Shown one piece after another: positions 35,708 through 46,870 of a DNA stretch of 64,000 bases. Within the stretch, counting starts at the first letter, position 1. Each line of letters starts with the position of its first letter. The stretch is from Clostridia bacterium (GTDB taxonomy: Bacteria; Bacillota; Clostridia; Oscillospirales; RGIG5554). The stretch covers positions 146,991 through 210,990 of the forward strand of contig JAFWAE010000026.1 in NCBI GenBank assembly GCA_017507855.1, read 5' to 3'. A program made the translations under genes and the position numbers. The notes beneath the pieces were generated by a model, which worked only from the letters and a program-made list of their open reading frames with translations, was not told the DNA's origin and searched no databases.

Positions 35708-36472
35708 ATGATCATAGATACGCATGCGCATTACGACGATGCGCGCTTTGACGGTTTGCGGGACAGCCTGTTGCCTCAGCTTCACCAAAACGGCGTGGAG
35801 CTGATGGTCAACGCCGGAGCCTGCATGAATACCTCCCGCGCGGGAGCGGCTTTGGCCGAGACTTATGAATACGTTTATTTTGCCGCAGGGGTGCATCCCA
35901 GCGAAGTGGCCTCCCTGACCTCGGCGGACATGGAGGAATTGGCCAAACTGTTAGCGCATCCCAAGGCGGTGGCGTTGGGGGAGATCGGCTTGGATTATCA
36001 TTATCCCGAGCCCTCCAAGGAAGTACAGCGCCAATGGTTTGAGGCTCAGCTGGACGTGGCGGCTCAAACGGGCAAGCCTGTGATCATTCACGATCGGGAC
36101 GCCCATCAGGATTGTTTGGATATTTTGCTTCCGCGGCTTTCTTCTATTAATAAGGTAGTCTTTCACTGCTTTTCCGGCGAATGGGAGATGGCGCGCTTGC
36201 TTTGCGATAAGGGAGTGTATCTGGGCTTCGGCGGCGTGGTCACCTTTAAAAACGCCCGCAAAAGCCTGGAGGTGGTGGCGCAGATGCCCATGGAGCTGTT
36301 GCTTTTGGAAACGGATTGCCCCTATTTGGCTCCGGAGCCTTACCGCGGCAAGCTGAACCATTCGGGGCTTTTGCCTCATGTGGTGGAAAAGATCGCCCAA
36401 GTCAGAGGGATCGAAACGGACGAGGTAGAACATGTCACCTCTCAAAACGCACGCCGCTTTTTTAACTTTTAG
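35708..36472 (+). CDS. TatD-family metal-dependent hydrolase
   Basis: MIIDTHAHYDD...GVHP...EIGLDYHY...PVIIHDRDAH.D...HCFSG...ETDCPYLAP. Confidence 0.9.
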   Translation: MIIDTHAHYDDARFDGLRDSLLPQLHQNGVELMVNAGACMNTSRAGAALAETYEYVYFAAGVHPSEVASLTSADMEELAKLLAHPKAVALGEIGLDYHYPEPSKEVQRQWFEAQLDVAAQTGKPVIIHDRDAHQDCLDILLPRLSSINKVVFHCFSGEWEMARLLCDKGVYLGFGGVVTFKNARKSLEVVAQMPMELLLLETDCPYLAPEPYRGKLNHSGLLPHVVEKIAQVRGIETDEVEHVTSQNARRFFNF

Positions 36473-36505
36473 GGGTAAACATATCAATTAGGAGCTTTCT
36501 GCACT

Positions 36506-38278
36506 ATGAGAAAGACGAAGATCGTTTGTACTTTGGGGCCTGCCTGCGATGATCCTGCCGTATTGAGACGGATGGCGGAAGCGGGAATGAATGTGGCCCG
36601 TTTGAATTTTTCCCACGGCAGTTACGACAGTCACCGAGAAAAGATCGAAAAGGTCAAAAAATTGCGGGACGAGATGGGAATTCCTTTGGCCATCATGCTG
36701 GACACCAAAGGACCCGAGATCCGCATTGGCCGCTTCGAGAACGGAAGCGCGGAACTGGTATCGGGGCAGAGCTTTATCCTGACCTCTGAGCAGGTAGAGG
36801 GAAACGGGCGTAGGGTATCCGTCAGCTACGCCAAGCTGCACGAGGCCCTTCGTCCGGGAGATCGGGTGATGGTCAACGATGGCGCCATTGAGCTTCGGGT
36901 GGAAAGCATTGCTGACGGGGAAGTCCTTTGCCGCGTCGTCAACGGCGGTGTGCTGACCGACAGAAAGAGCATTAATCTGCCAGACACAGAGGTACCTATG
37001 CCCTATATCGGGGAAGCGGATCGCCGTGATCTGCTTTTCGGTGTGGAGAACGGGGTGGACTACATCGCCGCCTCCTTTGTGCGTACCGCCCAGGATGTGC
37101 TGGATGTCCGCCGCCTGCTGGAGGAAAACGGCGCGCCCGATATTGAGATCATTGCCAAAATCGAAAATGCTCAGGGAGTAGCCAATATTGACGAGATTCT
37201 CCGTGTGTCCGACGGTATTATGGTTGCACGCGGAGACATGGGTGTGGAGATCGATTTTGAGGAGCTTCCCGCCATTCAGAAAAGGCTGATCCATAAATGC
37301 TATACCGCAGGCAAGCGGGTCATTACAGCTACGCAGATGCTGGAATCCATGATCAGTAATCCCCGCCCCACCCGTGCGGAGACCTCGGATGTAGCCAACG
37401 CCGTGTACGACGGCACCAGTGCCGTGATGCTTTCGGGAGAAAGCGCCGTGGGGCAATACCCGGTGGAGGCCGTGCGCGCCATGGCCCGCATTTCCGAGCA
37501 GACGGAAGGAAATATCAACTATATCCGCCGTTTCAAACAAAGCGATATCGTGCCCGACGGCATTCCCGATGCCATTGCTCACGCCACCTGTACCACGGCG
37601 CAGGATCTGAACGCCCGCGCTATCATCGTGGTCACACAGTCAGGGGGGACGGCGCGTATGGTATCCAAATTCCGTCCCACGGTACCTATTGTGGCTGCCA
37701 CTACGACGCCCCGCGTATTTCATCAGCTGGCGCTGTCTTGGGGTGTGTATCCCGTTATGGCCGTTCCGCAGACCGACACGGATGCCTTGTTCGATCACGC
37801 GGTGGAATGCGCCGTTCGAAACGGCTTTGTGGAAAACGGAGATATTACCGTCATCACGGCGGGGATGCCTTTGGGAGTCAGCGGTACGACCAATACCTTG
37901 AAGGTGCATATCGTGGGAAAGGTGCTGGTTTCCGGTGCGGGCATCAGTAACCAAAGCCTTTGCGGGCAGGTTTGTGTTTGCGCTACCGAGGAAGAGGTTC
38001 ACGAGAAGGCTATTCCCGGACGCATTTTGGTGGTCAACCAAACCACCAATACCATGATGCAGGAGCTGCGCAAGGCGGCCGGTATCATTTGTGAAGAAAG
38101 CGGCCAGGCTTCTCACGCCGCCGTGGTGGGGCATGCCTTGGGCATTCCCGTCATTACCGGAGCTCGAGGCGCCACCCGTATTTTGAAGGATGGCATCACC
38201 GTGACCATGGACAGCGGCCGCGGGCTGGTCTATTCCGGCAGCGTGCAAACGGCTGCTGCAGAGAAAAAAAGCGAATAG
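36506..38278 (+). CDS. pyk: pyruvate kinase with C-terminal PEP-utilizer mobile domain
   Basis: MRKTKIVCTLGPA...MNVARLNFSHG...MLDTKGPEIR...MVARGDMGVEI...ATQMLESM...MLSGESA. The C-terminal ~100 aa carry a ...SHAAVVGHALGIPVITG swivel domain. Confidence 0.95.
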   Translation: MRKTKIVCTLGPACDDPAVLRRMAEAGMNVARLNFSHGSYDSHREKIEKVKKLRDEMGIPLAIMLDTKGPEIRIGRFENGSAELVSGQSFILTSEQVEGNGRRVSVSYAKLHEALRPGDRVMVNDGAIELRVESIADGEVLCRVVNGGVLTDRKSINLPDTEVPMPYIGEADRRDLLFGVENGVDYIAASFVRTAQDVLDVRRLLEENGAPDIEIIAKIENAQGVANIDEILRVSDGIMVARGDMGVEIDFEELPAIQKRLIHKCYTAGKRVITATQMLESMISNPRPTRAETSDVANAVYDGTSAVMLSGESAVGQYPVEAVRAMARISEQTEGNINYIRRFKQSDIVPDGIPDAIAHATCTTAQDLNARAIIVVTQSGGTARMVSKFRPTVPIVAATTTPRVFHQLALSWGVYPVMAVPQTDTDALFDHAVECAVRNGFVENGDITVITAGMPLGVSGTTNTLKVHIVGKVLVSGAGISNQSLCGQVCVCATEEEVHEKAIPGRILVVNQTTNTMMQELRKAAGIICEESGQASHAAVVGHALGIPVITGARGATRILKDGITVTMDSGRGLVYSGSVQTAAAEKKSE

Positions 38279-38289
38279 GATAAAAGATC

Positions 38290-39450
38290 ATGGAAGTTAT
38301 TTTGGGAAAATTGGGGGAGGCCGCCCTGAAAGGGGACAATCGGCGCACCTTTGAACGGATCCTGGCAGAAAATACCCGCAAGGCCGTAGCGCCCTTCGGT
38401 GCGTTTGATGTGCATTATGCACAGTCCACCTTTTATGTGAAACCTCTGGCAGAGGATTGCGACATTGACGGGGCGTACGAAGCCGTCAAAGGAGTGTTCG
38501 GCTTTACCGTGGTGGCCCGTGCCTTGGGCTGTGCCAAAACGGAGGAGGGGATCGGGGAACTGTTGCGCACCCGTATCGCGCCCCTGGTGGCCCACAAGAC
38601 CTTTAAGGTGGAAAGCCGCCGCAGTGATAAGAGCTTTCCTTTGAAATCTCCCCAGCTTTCGGCCATGGCCGGGGGCATCTTGCTGGAAAGCGCACCCGGA
38701 GCCAAGGTGGACGTGCATCAGCCTCAGGTCACGGTGTTCGTGGAGGTGCGCGAGGAATATGTGTTTATCCATGCCGGGGCAGAACGCGGCGCAGGCGGTC
38801 TGCCCGTGGGAACGGGGGGGAAGGCGATGCTTCTCCTTTCCGGTGGCATCGACAGTCCCGTGGCCGGCTATATGACCGCCAAGCGTGGGCTTCGCCTTTG
38901 CGCGGTGCATTTCTTCTCCTTCCCTTATACGGGAGAGCGCGCCAAGCAAAAGGTCATGGAACTGGCACAGATGCTGGCTTCCCGTTGCGGAGGCATGACT
39001 CTTTGCTGTGTGCCCTTTACCCGCGTGCAGGAAATGATCCGCGACCATTGCCGCGAGGAGCTGTTTACCATTTTGATGCGCCGCTTCATGATGCAGATCG
39101 CTACGCGTCTTGCCTATAAGGAGCATTGCCGCGCCTTGGTGACAGGAGAGAGCTTGGGGCAGGTGGCCAGCCAGACCATCGACGCCATCCGCTGTACCGA
39201 CGATGCCACCTCCATGCCCGTATTCCGCCCTCTGATCGGGTTGGATAAGCTGGAGATCATCGAGCGGGCTCGTGCCTTTGGCTCTTTAGAGGTGTCCGAG
39301 CGCCCCTATGAGGACTGCTGTACCGTCTTTACACCCCGCCATCCGGAGCTTCGCCCCAAGTTGGAGGAGGTTCGGCAGGTGCAAGAATCCCTCCCCTGGG
39401 AAGAATTGGTGGAAGAAGCCGTGCAGGCCACGGAATTTTATAAATTTTGA
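38290..39450 (+). CDS. thiI: tRNA 4-thiouridine(8) synthase ThiI
   Basis: THUMP-like N-half (FKVESRRSDKSFPLKS) and PP-loop LLLSGGIDSPVAGYM. 386 aa. Confidence 0.9.
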   Translation: MEVILGKLGEAALKGDNRRTFERILAENTRKAVAPFGAFDVHYAQSTFYVKPLAEDCDIDGAYEAVKGVFGFTVVARALGCAKTEEGIGELLRTRIAPLVAHKTFKVESRRSDKSFPLKSPQLSAMAGGILLESAPGAKVDVHQPQVTVFVEVREEYVFIHAGAERGAGGLPVGTGGKAMLLLSGGIDSPVAGYMTAKRGLRLCAVHFFSFPYTGERAKQKVMELAQMLASRCGGMTLCCVPFTRVQEMIRDHCREELFTILMRRFMMQIATRLAYKEHCRALVTGESLGQVASQTIDAIRCTDDATSMPVFRPLIGLDKLEIIERARAFGSLEVSERPYEDCCTVFTPRHPELRPKLEEVRQVQESLPWEELVEEAVQATEFYKF

Positions 39451-39453
39451 CCG

Positions 39454-39492
39454 AAAGCGGGGCGCAAAAAAACTTTGCCACCCCGCTTTTTT
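39454..39492 (+). terminator. rho-independent terminator after thiI
   Basis: AAAGCGGGG...CCCCGCTTT followed by TTT. Confidence 0.7.
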
Positions 39493-39606
39493 GGGAAAAA
39501 ACAAGTCTGTTTTTGGTCATATTGTATAAAAAATGATGGTGAAAACGTAAAAACGCCCTTTGTTTTTGTGCAAGTATACAAAGTTTAAAAAAACTAAAAA
39601 AAATGC

Positions 39607-39635
39607 TTGCAATCCACTTGAATTTGTTGTATTCT
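39607..39635 (+). promoter_or_regulatory. candidate promoter of the S10 ribosomal protein operon
   Basis: TTGCAA, 17-nt spacer, TATTCT. It would give a leader of ~295 nt before rpsJ. Confidence 0.45.
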
Positions 39636-39829
39636 ATTGTGGCATGAGCAGATATGCGATGAAGTGGGAGGTGGCTGCCCTCTGAGGCAGGGAATTTCCA
39701 CGGAGTATGTCCGATTTGAAACCGGGCGACAAAAAAACCGAACATCAACCTCTGGCGGTTGATGGCGCTTTCGGAGCCGAGTCCCTTTGTGGATTTACCC
39801 TTCGAGTCGTTTCTTTGTGTTGTCAATAT

Positions 39830-39855
39830 CGGGTTGCAAAATCCGGTTTTTTATT
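39830..39855 (+). promoter_or_regulatory. attenuator-like hairpin plus T-run in the S10 operon leader
   Basis: CGGGTT-GCAA-AATCCG (6 bp, GNRA loop) followed by GTTTTTTATT, about 85 nt upstream of rpsJ. An additional 8-bp hairpin CATCAACC-TCTGGC-GGTTGATG lies at 39743-39764. Confidence 0.35.
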
Positions 39856-39937
39856 GTGTCAACACGAAACACGCGGAACGGTGTTTGGGAAATACGTCGT
39901 CTGCCACAAACAATTTTTTATGGAGGCGAACGAAACC

Positions 39938-40249
39938 ATGGCAGTCAAGCAAAAAATCAAGATCAGACTTAAGTCGTACGACCACATGCTGGTGGATCAG
40001 TCGGCAGAGCGGATCGTGGAAACCGCCAAGCGCAACGGCGCTCAGGTGTCCGGTCCCATTCCGCTGCCCACCGAAAAGGAAGTCGTCACGATCCTGCGCG
40101 CTGTGCACAAGTATAAGGACTCGCGCGAACAGTTTGAGACCCGCACCCACAAGCGCTTGATCCAGATCACCAACCCCTCGGCGAAGTGTGTGGAAGCCCT
40201 GACCGGGCTGGAACTTCCCGCCGGCGTTGATTTCGAGATCAAGCTGTAA
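39938..40249 (+). CDS. rpsJ: 30S ribosomal protein S10
   Basis: [53 protein letters not shown] is present. The track ORF (39707) is over-extended. Confidence 0.96.
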   Translation: MAVKQKIKIRLKSYDHMLVDQSAERIVETAKRNGAQVSGPIPLPTEKEVVTILRAVHKYKDSREQFETRTHKRLIQITNPSAKCVEALTGLELPAGVDFEIKL

Positions 40250-40311
40250 GCTCCCCGTTTGCAAACGGTCAAGTTGGCTCAGCCAACCAATAACCATAGG
40301 AGGAAAAGAAA

Positions 40312-40944
40312 ATGCAAAAAGCAATCATCGGCAAAAAGATCGGCATGACGCAGATCTTTGACGAAAAGGGCAACGTGATCCCCGTAACGCTGGTGGAAGC
40401 CGGTCCCTGCGTCGTTACGCAGAAGAGAACGGTGGAAAAGGACGGATACTCCGCCATCCAGCTGGGCTATGAGGATATTGCCGAGCGCAAGCTCAACAAA
40501 CCCGAAAAAGGCCATTTGGCCAAAGCAGGTACTTCCTTAAAGAAATACCTGAAGGAATTCAAGCTGGACAACGCCGCCGACATGAACGTGGGCGACGAGG
40601 TGACCGCGGCGGTCTTCGCCGAGGGCGATGCTGTGGATGTCTGCGGCAAGTCCAAGGGTCACGGTTATTCCGGTACCATCAAGCGCTGGGGTCAGCATCG
40701 CCAGGAAATGACCCACGGCGTAGGCCCCATCCACCGCAGCGCCGGTTCCATGGGTGCCAACTCCAGCCCCTCTCGCGTGTTCAAGAACAAGCACCTGCCC
40801 GGCCAGTACGGTAACGAGCGCGTCACTGTTCAGAACCTGACGATCGCGAAGGTGGATGCGGAAAACAATTTGATCGCCGTCAAGGGTGCCATTCCCGGTG
40901 CTAAGGGCGGCCTGGTCTTCATCACCACTTCGGTGAAGGCCTAA
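40312..40944 (+). CDS. rplC: 50S ribosomal protein L3
   Basis: [33 protein letters not shown]. Position in the conserved operon order. Confidence 0.97.
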   Translation: MQKAIIGKKIGMTQIFDEKGNVIPVTLVEAGPCVVTQKRTVEKDGYSAIQLGYEDIAERKLNKPEKGHLAKAGTSLKKYLKEFKLDNAADMNVGDEVTAAVFAEGDAVDVCGKSKGHGYSGTIKRWGQHRQEMTHGVGPIHRSAGSMGANSSPSRVFKNKHLPGQYGNERVTVQNLTIAKVDAENNLIAVKGAIPGAKGGLVFITTSVKA

Positions 40945-40962
40945 GCGGAAGGAGGAAACATC

Positions 40963-41583
40963 ATGCCTAAAGTGAAAGTTTTCAACATGAAAGGCGAGCA
41001 GGTGGGCGATCTGGACCTGAACGAGGCCGTTTTCGGCGCGTCTGTGAACGAAACGGTGCTCCATTCCGCAGTAGTTACCTATCTTGCCAACCAGCGTCAG
41101 GGCACTCAGTCCACGCTGACCCGCGCCGAAGTATCCGGCGGCGGCAAAAAGCCTTGGCGTCAAAAGGGCACCGGCCGTGCCCGTCAGGGTTCCACTCGCG
41201 CTCCCCAGTGGACGCACGGCGGTATCGCCCTGGGCCCCAAGCCCCGTTTGTACAAGAAATCCATGAACAAGAAGGTTCGCCGCAACGCTATGATCAGCGC
41301 TCTGTCCTCCAAAGTGGTGGATGAGAAGCTTATCGTGGTGGACAACATCACCATGGATGCCTACAAGACCAAGACTGTGGTTGAGATGCTCAAAGCCCTC
41401 AACGCCAATAAGTCTTTGATCGTGACGGCCGAAAAGAACGAGTTCGTCATCAAGAGTGCTGCCAACCTTCCCGGTGTGGCCACCGCTTTGACCAACACCG
41501 TCAACGTTTACGACATCCTGAAGTATGACAGCCTGATCCTCTCGAAGGATGCCGTCGCTAAGCTGGAGGAGGTATACGCATGA
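40963..41583 (+). CDS. rplD: 50S ribosomal protein L4
   Basis: ...[25 protein letters not shown]. Position in the conserved operon order. Confidence 0.97.
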   Translation: MPKVKVFNMKGEQVGDLDLNEAVFGASVNETVLHSAVVTYLANQRQGTQSTLTRAEVSGGGKKPWRQKGTGRARQGSTRAPQWTHGGIALGPKPRLYKKSMNKKVRRNAMISALSSKVVDEKLIVVDNITMDAYKTKTVVEMLKALNANKSLIVTAEKNEFVIKSAANLPGVATALTNTVNVYDILKYDSLILSKDAVAKLEEVYA

Positions 41584-41873
41584 AAAGCGCAGCCGATATC
41601 ATCGTCCGCCCGGTCGTAACTGAACGCAGCCTGGCCGGTGTGGCAGACAAGAAGTACACCTTTGAAGTTGCCAAGGGTGCCAACAAGACCGAGATCAAAA
41701 AGGCTGTTGAGGAGCTGTTCGGTGTGAAGGTTAAGTCCGTCAACACCGTGTCCATGCTTCCCAAGCCGAAAAGTGTGGGCGTCCACAAGGGTTACACTTC
41801 CGCCTGGAAAAAGGCGATCGTGACCCTGACGTCCGACTCCAAGTCCATCGAGTTCTTCGATGGCATGATGTAA
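41580..41873 (+). CDS. rplW: 50S ribosomal protein L23
   Basis: [12 protein letters not shown]...YTFEV...[22 protein letters not shown] overlap with rplD. Confidence 0.96.
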   Translation: MKSAADIIVRPVVTERSLAGVADKKYTFEVAKGANKTEIKKAVEELFGVKVKSVNTVSMLPKPKSVGVHKGYTSAWKKAIVTLTSDSKSIEFFDGMM

Positions 41874-41886
41874 GGAGGTCGCAGCA

Positions 41887-42720
41887 ATGGCAGTTAAAAC
41901 TTATAAGCCCGTTACGCCCGGCCTGCGCCAGAAAACGGTTGCCAGCTTCGAGGAGATCACCAAAACGACTCCCGAAAAGAGCCTGGTAACGGTGCTCAAA
42001 AAGCACGCCGGCCGCAACAGCTACGGCAAGATCACCGTTCGCCATCGTGGCGGCGGCAACCGCCGTAAATACCGTATCATCGATTTCAAGCGCAACAAGC
42101 TGGATGTTCCCGCTACCGTGCTGGCGATCGAGTACGATCCCAACCGCACCTGCTACATCGCCCTGCTGGAATATGCTGACGGCGAGAAGCGCTATATCCT
42201 GGCTCCTTTGGGCCTGACCGTGGGCAGCAGCGTTGTCGCTTCCGCCACGGCCGATATCAAGCCCGGCAATGCCATGCCCCTGTCCGCTATCCCCGTAGGT
42301 ACCCTGGTCCACAACGTGGAGCTGTACCCCGGTAAGGGCGGCCAGCTGGTGCGCGCCGCCGGTGCTGCCGGCCAGTTGATGGCCAAAGAAGACGGCTACG
42401 CCCAAGTGCGTTTGCCCTCCAACGAAGTGCGTTTGGTCCGTTTGGACTGCATGGCCACCATCGGTCAGGTAGGCAACCTGGAGCACGAAAACATCTCCAT
42501 CGGTAAAGCCGGCCGTAAGCGCCACATGGGTTGGAGACCCACCGTTCGCGGTTCTGTGATGAACCCCTGCGATCACCCCCACGGTGGTGGTGAGGGTCGC
42601 TCTCCCGTTGGCCGTCCCGGCCCTGTGACCCCCTGGGGCAAGCCCGCACTGGGTTACAAGACCCGTTCCAAGAAGGCTTTGACCGATAAGTTTATCGTCA
42701 AACGCCGCAACGGTAAATAA
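41887..42720 (+). CDS. rplB: 50S ribosomal protein L2
   Basis: [15 protein letters not shown]...[17 protein letters not shown]...[11 protein letters not shown]. Confidence 0.98.
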   Translation: MAVKTYKPVTPGLRQKTVASFEEITKTTPEKSLVTVLKKHAGRNSYGKITVRHRGGGNRRKYRIIDFKRNKLDVPATVLAIEYDPNRTCYIALLEYADGEKRYILAPLGLTVGSSVVASATADIKPGNAMPLSAIPVGTLVHNVELYPGKGGQLVRAAGAAGQLMAKEDGYAQVRLPSNEVRLVRLDCMATIGQVGNLEHENISIGKAGRKRHMGWRPTVRGSVMNPCDHPHGGGEGRSPVGRPGPVTPWGKPALGYKTRSKKALTDKFIVKRRNGK

Positions 42721-42738
42721 TGGAAGGAGGAACTGAGA

Positions 42739-43020
42739 ATGGGCAGAAGTGTTAAGAAGGGCCCCTTTGTACAAGCGGCCTTGATGAAACGAATCGTTGA
42801 GATGAACAAAGCCGGCGAAAAGCGCGCTTTGAAGACCTGGTCGAGATCCTCCACCATTTTTCCGGATTTCGTGGGCCACACCATTGCCGTCCATGACGGA
42901 CGCAAGCACGTGCCGGTCTTCATTACCGAAGATATGGTAGGACACAAGCTCGGAGAGTTCGCTCCTACGCGCTTGTTCCGCGGCCACGCCGGGTCCAAGA
43001 CATCCAACAACGGCAAATAG
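42739..43020 (+). CDS. rpsS: 30S ribosomal protein S19
   Basis: [11 protein letters not shown]...[28 protein letters not shown]. Confidence 0.98.
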   Translation: MGRSVKKGPFVQAALMKRIVEMNKAGEKRALKTWSRSSTIFPDFVGHTIAVHDGRKHVPVFITEDMVGHKLGEFAPTRLFRGHAGSKTSNNGK

Positions 43021-43034
43021 GGAGGAAATGAAAC

Positions 43035-43370
43035 ATGGAAGCAAAAGCATATTTGCGTTATGCTCGCATTTCCCCGCGTAAAGTATCCATTGTGTTGGAC
43101 TTGATCCGTGGAAAGAATGCACGCATGGCGATGGCAATTCTGAAGAACACCCCCAAGGCGGCCTCCGAGTATCTGGTCAAGCTGCTCCAATCCGCCATGG
43201 CAAACGCTGAGCACAACCACCAGATGGACCCCTCCAAGCTGTATGTGGCCGAGTGCTTCGTGACCCCCGGACCCACGCTTAAGCGTATCATGCCCCGCGC
43301 CAAGGGTCCGGCAGACAGAATTCTCAAGAGAACCAGTCACATGACGATTGTTCTGCGCGAGAAGGACTAA
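43035..43370 (+). CDS. rplV: 50S ribosomal protein L22
   Basis: [27 protein letters not shown]... Confidence 0.97.
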   Translation: MEAKAYLRYARISPRKVSIVLDLIRGKNARMAMAILKNTPKAASEYLVKLLQSAMANAEHNHQMDPSKLYVAECFVTPGPTLKRIMPRAKGPADRILKRTSHMTIVLREKD

Positions 43371-43386
43371 GATCAGGAGGAAAAGT

Positions 43387-44064
43387 ATGGGACAGAAGGT
43401 TAATCCCCACGGTTTGCGTGTGGGTATCATCAAAAACTGGGACTCCCGTTGGTTCGTCAGCGACAACAAGTTTGCGGACTGCCTGGTCGAAGACTATCAG
43501 ATCCGTACCGAACTGAAGAAGAGACTGTATGCCACCGGTATTTCCAAAATCGAGATCGAGCGCACCGAAAAGGTGGCCCGTATCAACATCCATTGTGCTA
43601 AGCCCGGCATGATCATCGGCAAGAACGGCGAAGCCATCGACAACCTGAAGGCCGAACTGGAAGCCCGCATGGGTTGCCCCGTTTCCCTGAAGGTGACCGA
43701 GATCAAGCTGGTGGATACCAACGCTCAGCTGGTGGCCGAAAACATCGCCGATCAGCTGGAGCACCGCATCTCTTTCCGCCGCGCCATGAAAATGGCCATC
43801 GGCCGCGCCATGAAAATGGGCATGAAGGGCATTAAGGTGTCCGCTTCCGGCCGTCTGGGCGGCGCCGAGATCGCGCGTACCGAGCACTACCATGAAGGAA
43901 CCATTCCGCTGCAGACCCTGCGTGCGGACATTGACTACGGCTTCGCGGAGGCCAACACGACCTACGGTAAGATCGGCCTGAAGGTTTGGATCTACCGCGG
44001 CGAGATCCTGCCCGAGGTCAAGAAGACCGTCAAGAAGGAGGAAACCGGCAATGCTGATGCCTAA
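43387..44064 (+). CDS. rpsC: 30S ribosomal protein S3
   Basis: [32 protein letters not shown] is present. The track ORF (43348, TTG) is over-extended. Confidence 0.97.
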   Translation: MGQKVNPHGLRVGIIKNWDSRWFVSDNKFADCLVEDYQIRTELKKRLYATGISKIEIERTEKVARINIHCAKPGMIIGKNGEAIDNLKAELEARMGCPVSLKVTEIKLVDTNAQLVAENIADQLEHRISFRRAMKMAIGRAMKMGMKGIKVSASGRLGGAEIARTEHYHEGTIPLQTLRADIDYGFAEANTTYGKIGLKVWIYRGEILPEVKKTVKKEETGNADA

Positions 44065-44482
44065 AAGAGTCAAGTACCGTCGTGTGCAGCGCGGCCGCAT
44101 GAAGGGTAAAGCTACCCGCGGTAACGTGGTCTGCCAGGGCGATTTCGGCTTGGTGGCTCTTGAGCCCGCCTGGATCACCAGCAACCAGATCGAAGCTGCC
44201 CGTATTGCCCTGACCCGCTACACCAAAAGAAGCGGTCAGGTTTGGATCAAGATCTTCCCCGATAAGCCGGTAACTGAGAAGCCTGCCGAAACTCGAATGG
44301 GTTCCGGTAAAGGTTCTCCCGAATATTGGGTAGCGGTGGTAAAGCCCGGCCGCGTGCTGTTCGAAATGGACGGCGTGAGCGAAGCCGATGCCCGCGAGGC
44401 CATGCGTCTTGCGAGCCACAAACTGCCGCTGAAGTGCAAGTTTGTCAAGCGTGAGGAGGCTGCAGCAAATGAAAATGAGTGA
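44051..44482 (+). CDS. rplP: 50S ribosomal protein L16
   Basis: [25 protein letters not shown]. Confidence 0.97.
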   Translation: MLMPKRVKYRRVQRGRMKGKATRGNVVCQGDFGLVALEPAWITSNQIEAARIALTRYTKRSGQVWIKIFPDKPVTEKPAETRMGSGKGSPEYWVAVVKPGRVLFEMDGVSEADAREAMRLASHKLPLKCKFVKREEAAANENE

Positions 44483-44672
44483 GATTCGCGCCATGGACGC
44501 CAAGCAGCTCAATGAAAAGCTGGCAGAATTGAAGAGCGAGCTGTTCAATCTGCGCTTCCAGCATGCTATCAACCAGCTGGACAACCCCATGCGCATTGTG
44601 GAAGTCAAGAAGAATATTGCCCGTATCCTGACCGTGCAGTCTCAGCAGGCCAACGGTCAGTCCGCGCAGTAA
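44469..44672 (+). CDS. rpmC: 50S ribosomal protein L29
   Basis: [40 protein letters not shown] lies upstream. The start could also be ATG 44475. Confidence 0.93.
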   Translation: MKMSEIRAMDAKQLNEKLAELKSELFNLRFQHAINQLDNPMRIVEVKKNIARILTVQSQQANGQSAQ

Positions 44673-44684
44673 GGAGGGCTCGAC

Positions 44685-44945
44685 ATGAGTGAAGAAAGAG
44701 CACTGAGAAAGACCCGTACGGGTAAAGTCGTCAGCGATAAGATGGATAAGACCATTGTGGTAGCCGTTGTGGACAACGTCCGTCACCCGGCTTACAAAAA
44801 GATCATCAAGCGCACCCTGCGCGTGAAAGCTCACGACGAAAACAACGAATGCGGTATCGGAGATACCGTGGAGATCATGGAGACCCGCCCCCTGTCCAAG
44901 GACAAGCACTGGCGCTTGGTATCCATCATCGAAAAGGCGAAATAA
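44685..44945 (+). CDS. rpsQ: 30S ribosomal protein S17
   Basis: [21 protein letters not shown]...HP.YKK. Confidence 0.97.
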   Translation: MSEERALRKTRTGKVVSDKMDKTIVVAVVDNVRHPAYKKIIKRTLRVKAHDENNECGIGDTVEIMETRPLSKDKHWRLVSIIEKAK

Positions 44946-44972
44946 GGCTGCGAGCAGTAAGGAGAAAGAACC

Positions 44973-45341
44973 ATGATTCAACAGCAAACATATCTGCAGG
45001 TCGCCGATAACTCCGGCGCCAAAGAGCTGATGTGCATCCGAGTCCTGGGCGGTACTCGCAGACGCTACGCCAATATCGGCGATGTGATCATCTGCGCTGT
45101 AAAGAAAGCTACCCCCAACGGCGCTGTCAAGAAGGGCGAGGTCGTTACCGCTGTGGTGGTGCGTTCCGTCAAGGGGATCCGCCGTGCCGACGGTTCCTAT
45201 GTAAAGTTTGACGAAAACGCTGCCGTCATCATCAAGGAAGACAAAAACCCCCGCGGCACCCGTATTTTCGGACCGGTGGCACGCGAGCTGCGTGACAAGG
45301 ATTATATGAAGATCCTGTCTCTGGCACCCGAAGTGCTGTAA
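44973..45341 (+). CDS. rplN: 50S ribosomal protein L14
   Basis: [27 protein letters not shown]. Confidence 0.98.
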   Translation: MIQQQTYLQVADNSGAKELMCIRVLGGTRRRYANIGDVIICAVKKATPNGAVKKGEVVTAVVVRSVKGIRRADGSYVKFDENAAVIIKEDKNPRGTRIFGPVARELRDKDYMKILSLAPEVL

Positions 45342-45356
45342 GGAGGAAAAGGAAAA

Positions 45357-45674
45357 ATGAGTACGCTTCATGTCAAGACCGGCGATCAGGTCATCGTGAT
45401 CTCCGGCGACGATAAGGGCAAAACCGGCAAGGTCATGCAGGTGTCCCGCAAAGAGGGCAAGGTCATCGTAGAAGGTGCCAACATCGTGACCAAGCACGTC
45501 AAGCCCCGCAAACAGGGCGACAAGGGCGGCCTGATCAAGGCCGAGGGCGCCATGTATGCATCCAAAGTTATGCTTTTCTGCCCCAAGTGCAACGCCGGTG
45601 TGCGCGCCGGTTACAAAGTGGGCGAAAACAACGAGAAGATCCGCGTTTGCAAAAAATGCGGAGCCGTTCTTTAA
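45357..45674 (+). CDS. rplX: 50S ribosomal protein L24
   Basis: VKTGDQVIVISGDDKGKTGKV (KOW motif). Position in the conserved operon order. Confidence 0.96.
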   Translation: MSTLHVKTGDQVIVISGDDKGKTGKVMQVSRKEGKVIVEGANIVTKHVKPRKQGDKGGLIKAEGAMYASKVMLFCPKCNAGVRAGYKVGENNEKIRVCKKCGAVL

Positions 45675-45692
45675 TCACAGGGAGGTGCAACG

Positions 45693-46235
45693 ATGTCTCG
45701 ACTGAAAGATTTTTACAGAAGTGAAGTCGCTCCCGCCCTGATGAAGAAGTTCCAGTACAAAAGTGTAATGCAGATCCCCAAACTGGAAAAGATCGTCATC
45801 AATGTGGGTGCCGGCGATGTGAAAGACAACACCAAGGCGCTGGAGAACATTGCCGGTGAACTGGCTCAGATCACCGGTCAAAGACCCATCATCACCAAGG
45901 CTACCAAGTCCGTTGCAAACTTTAAGCTGCGCCAGGGCATGAGCATTGGTGTAAAGGTAACGCTGCGCGGCGACACCATGTACGAATTCATGGATCGTCT
46001 GTTCAACGTGGCGCTGCCCCGTGTGCGTGACTTTAAGGGAATCAGTGCAAATTCCTTTGACGGCCGCGGAAACTACTCGTTCGGCCTGCGTGAGCAGCTG
46101 ATCTTCCCCGAAATCGAATACGATAAGATCGAGAAGATCCGCGGCATGGACATCACGTTTGTGACGAGCGCCAAAACCGACGAAGAGGCTGCCGAGCTGC
46201 TCAAGCTCATGGGCGCGCCCTTCGCCAAGCAGTAA
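45693..46235 (+). CDS. rplE: 50S ribosomal protein L5
   Basis: [39 protein letters not shown]. Confidence 0.98.
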   Translation: MSRLKDFYRSEVAPALMKKFQYKSVMQIPKLEKIVINVGAGDVKDNTKALENIAGELAQITGQRPIITKATKSVANFKLRQGMSIGVKVTLRGDTMYEFMDRLFNVALPRVRDFKGISANSFDGRGNYSFGLREQLIFPEIEYDKIEKIRGMDITFVTSAKTDEEAAELLKLMGAPFAKQ

Positions 46236-46248
46236 GGAGGGCATTCAA

Positions 46249-46434
46249 GTGGCTAAAACATCCTTGAAATTGAAGCAACAGCGGGACCCCAAATTCTCTA
46301 CCCGTGCATACAACCGTTGCAGAATCTGCGGTCGTCCCCATGCTTACCTCCGTAAATACGGTATCTGCCGTATCTGCTTCCGCGAGCTTGCTTACAAGGG
46401 TCAGATTCCCGGCGTTAAAAAGGCAAGCTGGTAA
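46249..46434 (+). CDS. rpsN: 30S ribosomal protein S14, type Z (zinc-ribbon form)
   Basis: GTG start. 61 aa with [20 protein letters not shown]. Confidence 0.96.
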   Translation: MAKTSLKLKQQRDPKFSTRAYNRCRICGRPHAYLRKYGICRICFRELAYKGQIPGVKKASW

Positions 46435-46453
46435 AGGATAGGAGGAACAACAG

Positions 46454-46852
46454 ATGAGAGTTACAGATCCCATCGCGGATATGCTCACCCGTATTCGCAA
46501 CGCCAGCACTGCGCGTCACGAAACGGTGGACGTGCCTGCGTCTAACATGAAAAAGGCCATCGCCCAGATTCTGCTGGAGGAAGGCTATATCAAAAACTAT
46601 GAGGTGCTGGAAGAAGGCCCTCAGGGAACCATCAAAATCACACTGAAGTACGGCCAGAATAAAGCCAAGGCTATCACGGGCATTAAGCGCGTTTCCAAGC
46701 CCGGCCTGCGTATTTATTCCGGTTGCGAGGATATGCCCCGGGTCATCCGTGGGCTGGGTATCGCCATCGTGTCCACCAATAAGGGCGTGATGACCGACAA
46801 GAAGGCTCGTAGCCTGAACGTCGGCGGCGAAGTCCTTGCGTTCGTCTGGTAA
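46454..46852 (+). CDS. rpsH: 30S ribosomal protein S8
   Basis: [17 protein letters not shown]. Confidence 0.98.
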   Translation: MRVTDPIADMLTRIRNASTARHETVDVPASNMKKAIAQILLEEGYIKNYEVLEEGPQGTIKITLKYGQNKAKAITGIKRVSKPGLRIYSGCEDMPRVIRGLGIAIVSTNKGVMTDKKARSLNVGGEVLAFVW

Positions 46853-46870
46853 CGGGGAGGGTACGGAAAA

